Shown: piece by piece, positions 50,297 through 60,720 of the stretch | How positions within the stretch are numbered: the stretch's first letter is position 1 | Layout of the letters: each line of letters starts with the position of its first letter | DNA from: Anthoceros angustus | Lineage: Eukaryota > Plantae > Anthocerotophyta | DNA: 64,000 nucleotides | Direction: 5' to 3' | NCBI GenBank assembly: GCA_010909165.1 | Contig: VJWM01000240.1 | Coordinates: 1-64,000, forward strand | The notes under the pieces: generated by a model | Told to the model about the DNA's origin: nothing | Databases searched by the model: none | Seen by the model: only the letters and a program-made list of their open reading frames with translations | Program-made: the position numbers and the translations under genes

Positions 50297-51540
50297 TGTT
50301 CAAGCCGACTTGTTGGATGAGAAGCTTGTTTCTTTGAATATGCAGGTGGGTCATTATGCTTCTCCTTCCAAGTCGAGCTCTCCGGCAAAGCCTGAGCCTG
50401 GGAGGTGTGCCGGATTGGATATGGGAGTCGTGACACCTGTAACCATCAGCACGTTATGTGAGTAGGGAAAGCTTACTGAGGCCGTTAGAGCTCTGTAAAA
50501 TCTGGCATAGATAGACTATTCTATTCCTCAGTCCATCTTATATGTCATGCTAAAACTTTGTGCAGATAAGAAGGACATGGTTGTGGGATGACGCGTTCAT
50601 GATCTCACTATCAAACTTGGGTACGAGTCAATCACATACTTGGGGAACCATATCTTGCGGATGTATGTATCCGGAGGTAGGCTACGGAGGGTGGGCAAAC
50701 CAAATCCCTTCATGTGGTTTTCAATAATCTCCGCACATGCTACACATGGGGAGCCTAATGAGGCGATACAACTTTACTATGCGATGTGTCGCTCGTGTGA
50801 AGGCGGATGCCCACATCTTTGTAGCAGCCCTTCAAGCTTGTGCATTTCTTTGTGGACTGGAATCTAGCGAAAAGTGCGGCATGATATGTTGCATGCTGAC
50901 ATTCCACCGAACTTGTTTATTGCCAACTCGGTGGACATGTACGCAAACTGTGGTTGGAAGAGGCAAACACGGTTTTCGATAGGTTAGGCGTAAAGGATGT
51001 CGTGACATGGGCCCCGATAGTTGGGTATGCAAATCATGGGCTTGGCCAAGAGGCGCTTGTTCTATGGACAAATGGAGAAGGAGGGCACGATTGTGGGCAA
51101 CCATGTTACCTTTGCTTGCCTTCCAAGGCTGTGCAACGCAAGTGCCTTACGGAAGGCGGTGCACTCACAGTTGTGGAGAGAGGCTGACTAGATAACACAC
51201 TTGTGGGCACTTGCCCGTGGACATGTAGGCAAAGTGTGGCGAAGTAGAAGATGCGCATCAAGTTTTTCAATGCTTGAGCCCAAAGGATGTGGTGACTTGG
51301 AATGCCCGATTCGGGTATGGATGAAGGGCTTGGTCAAGAGGCGCTATTTTTGTATGGACGAATGCAGAGGGCCGCTTGTGGCGATGAGGTTACTTTTGCT
51401 TGCCTTTTGAAGGCATGTGCAAGCATTGGTGCCTTCTGGAAGTGTAGCACTCACACTTGTGCAAAGAGGACATTTGGATAACGTGCTTGTGGGCGCTTCG
51501 GTGGACTGTATGCCAAGATGCATGCCTCGTTTTGACTTGG
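50297..51540 (+). pseudogene. PLS-class PPR gene, copy 2 (longer, frameshifted)
   Basis: Same motifs as copy 1, plus KDVVTWNA...GLGQEA...VTFACLLKACASIGAL...NVLVGA. Confidence 0.85.
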
Positions 51541-51549
51541 CTAGGAAAA

Positions 51550-52772
51550 TTCTTACACCGACATTTTACAATGCGGCACTATTTATAAATCGATAAATTT
51601 GTATAACATTTTACAATGTATTTGCAATGAACATGCCACATCGCAATTTCACTAATATATAGCCTCATAAATGACATAAATCGGAAAAGGTCTCTTCCAC
51701 ATATTTACAACGGCATTTGCGACAAGCATGCCACATCGAATCTTACTAATATATAACCTCATAAATTACATAAATAAGGAAAAGGCATGCCACATCAATC
51801 TTACTAATATATAACCTCATAAATTACATAAATAAGGAAAAGGTCATCTCTTACTAATATATAACCTCATAAATTACATAAATAAGGAAAAGGTCTCTTC
51901 CAAAATTTACAACGGCATTTGCGACAAACATGCCACATCAAAATAATATATTTATTCATGGATATTGGCTGGCTTTGCATTTTACAACCATAGTTACGAC
52001 GCATGTGCCACGTCAAGAATATACAATAAAATGAATAATCCAATAATATAACATAAATTGGAGAAACCATTTTACAATGATATTTGCAATGAGCTTGCCA
52101 TGTCAGCAAATAATAAATTTATTTATAGATATTTATATAAAATGGTTTTCATGCGTTTTACAACCATAGCTACAATGCATGTGACACGTCAAGAATACAA
52201 AAAAAAAGATAATCCCATAACTAACATAAATCCAGAGAAACATATTTACAACATCATTTGCAACGAACTTGCCACATCAGCAAATAATAAATCTATTCAT
52301 ATATATTCCAATAAATGGTATTATTCCAAAAATCAAGTCTTGCACAATTTACAACCACATCTACAACAAACATGGTTTACAACGTCTTTTACAAGTACCG
52401 TTTACAACATCCTTTATGCCACGTCATTATAAATTCAACAAAATGTAGTTTTATTAACAAATAACCCCCATAGTTTTCTAAATCAAAAGAGTTTATGCAC
52501 AATTAACAACGTCATGTACAACGAGCAAGCCATGTCAACAAACCCCGTTGTAAAATTTGTGTCAACATGCCATGTCAACAAATCCCGTTGTAAAATTTGT
52601 GTCAACATGCCATGTCAACAAACCCCTGTAAAATCCATGCCACATCATATTAGTTAGGAACCCTTGTTGTAAATGTTCAAAAACTTACAGGCTTTGAGTC
52701 AGTAGTAAGAGTGTTGTAGTTTCCTCTAACTAAACTTAGACCCATTTGTAAAGGTAGCCCCTCCTTGTAGTG
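51550..52772. repeat. Right CACTA subterminal region: AT-rich repeats with TTTACAAC, GTTGTAAA and CATGCCACATC motifs
   Basis: atcttactaatatataacctcataaattacataaataaggaaaagg x3-4 and catgccatgtcaacaaa.cccgttgtaaaa x3. Ends in TAGTG. Confidence 0.85.
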
Positions 52773-55310
52773 AGGATATGTTTCAGGGCAGAGAACATGG
52801 TGTGGGGCTGGAAGGAAAGCAAGGTCGACATCCTTCCTACTATGTGAAAGCAAGCATCGCCCGCTTTGGGAATTTCCGTCCTTCGTCAAACACAAAAGAT
52901 ACCAAGCGGCTGCGGACAACAGCTAAAACCTTTATCAACCACATCACGCACTTTCTTGACATGTCACAAGTACGCTTTGGGTCATGGTCTTGTGCCTTTG
53001 TGTGATGCACAAATCCATGTTATTGGTTGCCTTTTACATCTTTGTTTGGGCATCTCCTTGTCGAGTGTGTGTGAATGCCTAGTGTACATGTTGATTGTAA
53101 CCTTAGTTGGCCATCCGCTTGGGGACATGATGAGAAAAATTTGCCGCATCTGGTTCATTTGAGGTGTTGCATGTACCAAGTCGTAATGAGGCTCGCTGCA
53201 AAGCTGTGGGTTCGTAAGCTTTCTGACTCATTTGACTGTGTGTAAATGCTTAGTGTAGATGTTGATTCTGAACTTCAATTAGGCATCTGCTTGGGGACTT
53301 GTGGGCAAATTGTGGCACTGGTGTTCAAGTTCATCTGAGGTGTGGCAGATCGCATGTGTGGGCTGTGCAGACTGAATTCTACCTGCGCTTTTGTGAGGAA
53401 CACCCGGACATTCAAGTAGGGCAGCGGAGCTTTGAGAAGTTGAAGCCATTTTTTGTGAAGAGCCTGCAGGAGCGTAATCTTTGTTGTTGCCGGTATCATG
53501 TGGAGATGGCCTTTTTGAAGGATGCGTTGAATGGCCTCCGTGGGACTCTCTCTCGTGTCCATCCCCGTGGTCTTTGCCATTGTTCTTGTGAGGTCTGTGC
53601 TTTGCCAGCAGGTACATCTCCCATTGTTTGTAATGCTCCCTCCACATGTGTGGCGTCAGTGAGACTGCTTTGTCAAAGTGCTCTTTGTGCGAAGGCAGCT
53701 GATGCAGATTGGCATGCTCTGGCATGTCTGCAAGGCACTTGTGTCCTATGTGGGGTGAATAAGCTTAAGTTCTGTCCGCTGGAGACTTCTATAAATGTTC
53801 AGCCTAATGCTCTTCTAAAATGGAGATGCTTCCAATACCAAGTTGTGGGCAAGGATGTGGATGGGCAGGATAAGAAACGGATCAAACTTGTCTTCATGGA
53901 GACACATCCAGAATTTGTTGAGTTCTTCAAGGGCAAGTTGAAGGATTTCATTCTCCATGACTTTGTTCAGCGATGGCAGGGGCTGGAGTTCCGGCATTGC
54001 CTAGAGTGGTTTCCATCTGATGTGGTTGTCTCGGTTATGGATTTTTCTCAGAATTACGCATTTGGAGTCCAAGATGAAATCCAGTCCATGCATTGGCAGA
54101 ATGACCAGGTTTCCATCCTCGTTCTGGTTTTCTACAGGCGCAATGGCCCCCTAGATGCTGACAACCCTGCTGCAAACATTCAGAAATACTACCACTTCTA
54201 CATCAGTGACGACCTTGTGCATGACACGCTCTTCGCTCAACACTGTTTGATGAAGCACTGGCAGTGGATGTTGGATTCAGGGTTCCCAAGACCTCGGGAG
54301 CATTGGTGCTGGTCAGATGGAGCAGCAAGTCAATTCAAGGCATGTCGACCTTCATACTTCATCTCCAGGTACCCTAGCTTGACAGGTGGCTGCAACATGC
54401 TGTGGTCATACTTTGGGAGTGGCCATGGCAAGGGAGAGCATGATGGTGCAGGTGCTATTTTGAAGAGAGCCCTTAGAGCTGCAGAGTCCTCTCCCACGGC
54501 AGGGAGGTTGCAAAATGCAGCTGATGTTGTCCAGTACCTGCAAGAACACATTTCTGCTGCAAGCTCTTATGCATCTGGGCAGCATGGAGTGCATAGAAGT
54601 TTCTGGCTTATTGGCAAGGATGAGGTGAATCGGAGGGTGAAATATGCTTGTGACTCCATACCCGGGTCCAAGAAGATGCATAGCCTGTATGGGGCTAGTG
54701 TGGCAGATCCCAGGCAACTGAAAATGCGCAGCCTGTCTTGTTTTTGTGCAGAGTGTATGGAAAGCAACCATGATGCTTGTGAGAGAGTTCCTCACGCCAG
54801 CTTTTGGAATTTGGTTACGATTAGACCACATGCTGATGGTCCTGCTCCTCGGATTACCCGCACCCCACCGCAATTCCTTTACTCCTGACGCTCTCCTTGC
54901 CGACGCCCCGATGATGAAGTGGATCTCTCGACGGCGACCTCTTGGAAGTCGGTGACAACTTCATGGTTTTTGCCAATAAAGAAGATGAGGGCCAAGAATT
55001 CTACCTTCGCAGCGTAATCGAGGTGAAGCACACGCTTAAGCCGACATCGCCTTGGAGCCGGTCACACATCAAGCCGGGTGTGGTGGTTGGTCAAGACATG
55101 TTGCGTAAGAATATTCTCGGTCCGTTCTATACCTTGCCTCTAGAGAACGCATGTTCAACTGAGTTAGTCAAACTATGCAAGTTTGACATGGTCCACCATG
55201 AGCAGGATGGTGACGAGTTGTTATACGTCCTATCATCGATGCTCGAAGTAGTGGACTCCTTGTGGAGGAGAGTAATCGTGATGATGCTGTTAGGGATCCT
55301 TAGGTTGTTT
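52773..55310 (+). CDS. Sola2-like DDD transposase, C-terminal and catalytic part. Intron 52970-53370, 529-aa ORF 53299..54888, frameshifted C-terminal extension
   Basis: HFLDMSQ joins TEFYLRFCEEHP in phase 0 across a GT-AG intron. Motifs: FEKLKPFFVK...CCCRYH, MDFSQNY...EIQSMHW, ISDDLVHD, WSDGAASQFK, YFGSGHGKGEHDGAGAILKR, SCFCAEC. The Sola2 label is recalled from motif memory. Confidence 0.8.
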
Positions 55311-55699
55311 TGATGTGGAGTGGTAAGTAAAGCTGTTGTTTTGGTGTGGAGTGTGCATCGCTGTTGACTGGACGGAGATTGTTGGCATGTCATTCCGCTT
55401 ATCGTTGTTTCCTTGATCCATGAAGATAGCTTGTTTGTATCCAATGATGATCCAATAATGCATGGTGCGATGTATAAATTGAGATGCATCGTGGGCACAC
55501 GGTCATTTTCCAGTAGATATTGACTTTATAGAGCAGAGCTGGTAAGTTGTGTCCTTGAACCATGTAGATAATTTCCAACAATGAAATGCATCCGCAAGAT
55601 GTGCTGGTTTTTGTGCTCTTCCTCAGAGGTGCTCGCCATTTGGCACACAGGGAGTGACAGGGCAAAAGTTTGGAGGGAGATCAGCCTTGAAACATAGGA

Positions 55700-56440
55700 A
55701 GGTTCATCTTGAATTCAACTTCCTTGACCATACACGTGTGGTGGGGATGGAGGCATGTCGCCGCAAGGGTTGAACAAGAAGCAACAAGCAGTATGGACGT
55801 GGCTTTATATAGCAGAGCTGGTATGTTCCCTTCAAGTTGGTTACATGTGCACTTGTACAGTTGTTCACTTTTCTTGCCATGTGATCCTCGCATGTTCCCG
55901 TGGTTACATGGGCACTTGTGCATGGCTCACTCTTCTTGCCTTGTGGTCCTGGCATGTTCCCGTGGTTACATGGGCACTTGTATATGGCTCACTCTTGTTG
56001 CCTTGTGGTCCTGGCATGTTCCCATGGTTACATGGGCACTTGTACAGTGGTTCACTTTTCCTGCCATGTGGTCGTGATATGTTCCCGTGGTTATATGGGC
56101 ACTTATACAGTGGTGTGGCATGGTGTACTTCTCTTGCTATGTGGTCGTGGCATGGTGTACTTGTCTTGCCATGTGGTTACGGTCCCGTGGTTACATGGGC
56201 ACTTGTGCATTGGTGTACTTGTCATGTGGTTACGGTCCCGTGGTTACATGGGCACTTGTATATTGGTGTACTTGTCTTGCCATGTGGTTACGGTCCCGTG
56301 GTTACATGGGCACTTGTATATTGGTGTACTTGTCTTGCCATGTGGTTACGGTCCCGTGGTTACATGGGCACTTGTATACTGCTGTACTTGTCTTGCCATG
56401 TGATCCGAGCTTGTTTTTCTGGTTGCACGGTTACATGGCT
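55700..56440. repeat. ~50-65-bp tandem array (GGTTACATGGGCACTTGT core, ~10 copies) downstream of the Sola-like transposase
   Basis: cccgtggttacatgggcacttgta...ttgtcttgccatgtggttacggt is repeated. Confidence 0.9.
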
Positions 56441-56662
56441 ACTTCAACACTTGTTCGCATCATGTGTTTTGTGCCGGTTGGGCACTTCACCACTGCAGGT
56501 GTGTGGTAGCTTTCGTGTTTAGGGCTTTGCTTAAAGTCCATGCTTTGGCGTCCGGTGACTATACCTTTTGTTTTGTAGGACGGTCACGGCGCGCGACAGG
56601 CAGCTCATCCGGTCACGGCGACATCCGGCCACGGCTCTCATCGCTGACAGCTTTTAGTTACA

Positions 56663-57535
56663 TTGGGCGCCCACATGGCTTCGACAGCGGCTGTTGGCCC
56701 GGAACCCATCCTGGACGGTCCTGCTGGTTCTTCAGGGTTTGGGAGTGCTTCACCTCCACTGGTTAACTCTATAGAGACCACTTCTCCCCACACAATCCCT
56801 TCATCGTCTGAAGGGATTGAGACTGAGCATGATGCTTTCCGCTTTTCACTATCTTTGTTTGAATTGGAAGGGGATATGGCTGTGGGATCTGTCAAGGTTT
56901 CAACAGGCGAGGTTGTAGGTGTGGTGATTCCACTCCCTGTTGGGATGTCTCGAGTATATCCTTTGGACCTGACACACCCCCGTCCAGCCTATTGGGAGTT
57001 GGGCTTTCTTGTTGACTGTCGGAATTGTAATGAAGAAGCGTTATCCTTTGCTGCGGGGAACTGGTCGGCGGTGATGCAGGATCCGGTTCTGGCAAGGATG
57101 CCGGTGGAAGTGGGTGCCTCCAGAAGTCAGCTGCTCCAGGCTGCAATGAGGAAATTTCAGTTCGAGCACGAGATCCAATGCATACTGAGGTCGGACGAGT
57201 TCAAGGGACAGAAGGAGTTTGAGGCAAGAATTCGGCCATTGGTGCGCTTTTGCATTTACCGAGCATCGACATTGTTGTCGGCGACCCGGGAGGCCCGGGT
57301 GACATGGTCTCGAGTCCCTCACGAGTAAGAGATTGGTTGTCCACATGCTAAGGGCATTGTGGTGTGACTAATCGGTTGAGAAATTGAAGCGGAGGCCCAG
57401 TGGTGGCAAAGTTTACTACAAGATGTGGTTCCAGTGCAAGTGATTTCGTTGAAGACAAAGAACTTTGGCGGGAAGTTGGATTGAGAGGTGGCCAAGTCAG
57501 CGCTTCATGTCTAGATGTGAGCATCGAGGCGGTGG
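56663..57535 (+). CDS. Orphan ORF (221 aa open, probably continuing to 57535, where it is cut by the TGTGG insertion)
   Basis: Non-repetitive, protein-like composition (GEVVGVVIPLP...YWELGFLVDC...FKGQKEFEARIRPLVRFCIYR...VTWSRVP). A downstream frame reads EIEAEAQWWQSLLQ. Confidence 0.45.
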
Positions 57536-60500
57536 TGTGGAGCAAGCATTTTGGTCACCCGCAATTGGCAGGGGAGACCGACGGTAGATTGGGTAGTAGT
57601 TGTTCAGTGTAGGTAGTAGGTAGGTCGATAGAAGCAGTAGGAAGATGGTAGGACGTCCGAGGGAGTTCGGACTTAATCGTGCTGCACTGAGGAGGTCTGA
57701 TCCTAGAAGTATGGGTAGATAGAAGCATATATAGGCATGATAGGTTCCAGAAAGTTCCTTGGACCATGGGAAGTATGGGTAGATAGAAGCATATATAGGC
57801 ATGATAGGTTCCGAAGTTCCTTGGACCATGGGAGTAGGAATATTCGGGATAGAAGTTCCTTGGCCTTCAATTATTTAGGTTCCGCATGGCTATATATGCC
57901 AAAAGGGCTAGTTAAGTTGTAGATGGAAAATAGCTACAGGAGTTTTGAACCGACACGTGGCGACCATCGAGGAGGAGCACCATTAAGGCGATTTGCATGT
58001 ACCGCAAACTCGTTAGCTGTGGTTTTGAACGGGCGCCAGCGTGAGAGGGCGGGCGCCGAGGGAGTAAGTGGAGTTGCGCTCGAAGGAGGAAGGAGGAAGG
58101 AGAGCCATCGGCCCCGGAGGAGGAGGTTCGATCCGGTGGGAAGTATGGTCGCAAGGCAATGGCTGGAGGGAGCAAGAATCGATCCCGAGGAGGTTCGATC
58201 CGGAGGAGGAGCAAGAATCGGATCCGGAGGAGGAGGTTCGATCCGGTGGGAAGTATGGTCGCAAGGCAATGGCTGGAGGAGTGGAGGGGTCCGCAAGGCG
58301 AGTGAAGGTGCTCGAGCGAGGAGCATTGTTGGAGAGGCGCCGAGGGAAGAGCGCCAGCGTGAGACAAGGGTAGCCTGGAGGGAGATTGAAGGGAGCCAAG
58401 GCCACCTCTTGGCGGTTGTGTGGAGGCCAGACTGTTGAAGAGCACGGGAAGTCTTCCCCCTTGCTGTTGTCTCACCCAAACCACCACTTCTTTGCTCACT
58501 ACTCTCTTAGCCTGATAGATTACTCTCCAATCTCTCCAATTTTGCTATCCTTGTGTGTGCTCCCTGCAGATGGTGAAGATAGTGAGGATAGGAAACGGGG
58601 GTACTCCCACGGGAAGGAAACCTCCGCCACACCCACAAAGGGAAAAGGTAAGAAACACCCAATCCCCGAGTTCGAGTGTAGGCCGCCCAAATTTCACCTC
58701 GAGATTTGAGGCGTTACTGGCCGAGATGAAGATGGAATGGTCAGACTTGGTACCGGGTGGCACTTTGCAGCCCCGCCTTGGTTCGTGGAGTGTGCGCGAT
58801 TTAATGAGAGTGACCAAGGCGGACGGCCAATGAGGATGCGACAAATCAAGTCATCCCGGGATGTGGAAGGTACGGCATTTCCGGGATACGTGTTGATACC
58901 GGAAGCCCACAAGGGAGGGATCATTCCGTGATTCGATTCTCCAAGAATCGATCCCGAGGAGGTTATGAGCATGTTCCTACGACCAAAGGAGGAAGTATGG
59001 TCGCAAGGCAATGGCTGGAGGATCTCTTTGTTCAAGGAGCGGAAGTGGAATTTATTCGCCAAGATATGGCTGGGACTAACGTCTTGTGCAAGGAAGGCGT
59101 GCACAGGAAATTCCCATTTAATGATGATGTATGAGATGTCTCGGGAAGTTGGATTGAGAGGTATGTGGTGACGCTTCATGTCTAGATGTGAGCATCGCAA
59201 AGGTGGAACGGCATTTTGGTCACCCTGCACTGGGGAGACCAGCGTAGATTGGGTAGTAGTTGTTCAGTGTAGGTAGTAGGTAGGTCGATAGAATGTAGGA
59301 AGATGGTAGGACGTCCGAGGGAGTTCGGACTTAATCAGTCATCTGTAGGAGGTTCGATCGTAGAAGTATGGGTAGATAGAAGCATATATAGGCATGATAG
59401 GTTCCGAAGTTCCTTGGACCATGGGAGTAGGAATATTCGGGATAGAAGTTCCTTGGCCTTGAATTATTTAGGTTCCGCTATATATGCCAAAAGGGCTAGT
59501 TAAGTTGTAGATGGAAAATAGCTACAGGAGTTTTGAACCGGACACGTGGCGACCATCGAGGAGGAGCACCATTAAGGCGATTTGCATGTACCGCAAACTC
59601 GTTAGCTGTGGTTTTGAACGGGCGTTCAGCGCAGTCGGGGCGAGGGAGTGGAGTTGCGCTCGAAGGAGGAAGGCGGCGGTGGCGGGCGTCTTGATCGATT
59701 ACAGCGGTGGAGCTGGAGGGAGCAAGAATCGGATCCGGAGGAGGAGGCGAGCGAGGCGAGCGAGGAGCAAGAATCGGATCCGGAGGAGGTTCGATCCGGT
59801 GGGAAGATGGTAGGACGTCCGAGGAGGTTCGATCCGGAGGAGGAGGTTCGATCCGGTGGGAAGTATGGGTAGATAGAAGCACCTCCTACGGAGGAAGGCG
59901 TGCAGTGAAGGTGCTCGAGCGAGGAGCATTGTTGGAGAGGCGCCGAGGGAAGAGCGCCAGCGTGAGAGGGCGGGTAGCGAAGCTGGAGGGAGATTGAAGG
60001 GGCCAAGGCCACCTCTTGGCGGTGGTGTGAGGCCGACTGCTGAGGAGCACGGAAGTCTCCCTGTTATCTCACCCAAACCACCACTCTTTGCTCACTACTC
60101 TCTTAGCCCGATAGATTACTCTCCAATCTCTCCAATTTTGCTATCCTTGTGTGTGCTCCCTGCGGATGGTGAAAGATAGTGAGGACGGAACGGGGTACTC
60201 CCACGGGAGGAAACCTCCGCCACACCCACAAAGGGAAAAGGTAAGAAACACCCACCCCGAGTTCGAGTGTAGGCCGCTCCAAATTTCACCTCGAGATTTG
60301 AGGCGCCTCGCCACGCCCGAGATGAAGATGGAATGGCTGTACTTGGTACCGGGTGGCACTTTGCAGCCCCGCCTTGGTTCGTGGAGTGTGCGCGATTTAA
60401 TGAGAGTGACCAAGGCGACGCCACCGGGGAGGATGCGACAAATCAAGTCATCCCGGGATGTGGAAGGTACGCATTTCCGTGGATACGATTTGATACCGGA

Positions 60501-60720
60501 AGCCCACAAGGGAGGGATCATTCCGGCGATTCGATTCTCCAAGAATCGATCCCGAGGAGGTTATGAGCATGTTCCTACGACCAAAGGAGGAAGTATGGTC
60601 GCAAGGCAATGGCTGGAGGATCTCTTTGTTCAAGGAGCGGAAGTGGAATTTATTCGCCAAGATATGGCTGGGACTAACGCGCGAGGAAGACGACTGGAAA
60701 TTCCCATTTAATGATGATGT
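57470..60720. repeat. ~1.7-kb tandem duplication spanning the TGTGG insertion junction (~57470-59140 and ~59140-60720)
   Basis: The flank gggaagttggattgagagg...gcttcatgtctagatgtgagcatcg and the element start are both repeated. Confidence 0.85.

Larger units (their letters stand above)
42390..51280. repeat. ~4.5-kb tandem duplication (~42390-46885 and ~47050-51280)
   Basis: Long collinear near-identical sequence, with copies differing mainly by small indels. Confidence 0.92.
25868..52772. mobile_element. 26.9-kb CACTA/EnSpm-type composite transposon (with nested and duplicated segments) and a 3-bp AGG TSD
   Basis: AGG|CACT at 25865-25871 (degenerate CACTGAGAAAA) and TAGTG|AGG at 52768-52775. 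TTTACAAC/GTTGTAAA-rich subterminal arrays at both ends. Tnp2 transposase inside. Excision rejoins the Sola-like reading frame. Confidence 0.75.

Noticed and set aside
55709-56522. Cys/Trp-rich ORFs up to 255 aa
   Set aside because: They are translations of the GGTTACATGGGCACTTGT tandem array.
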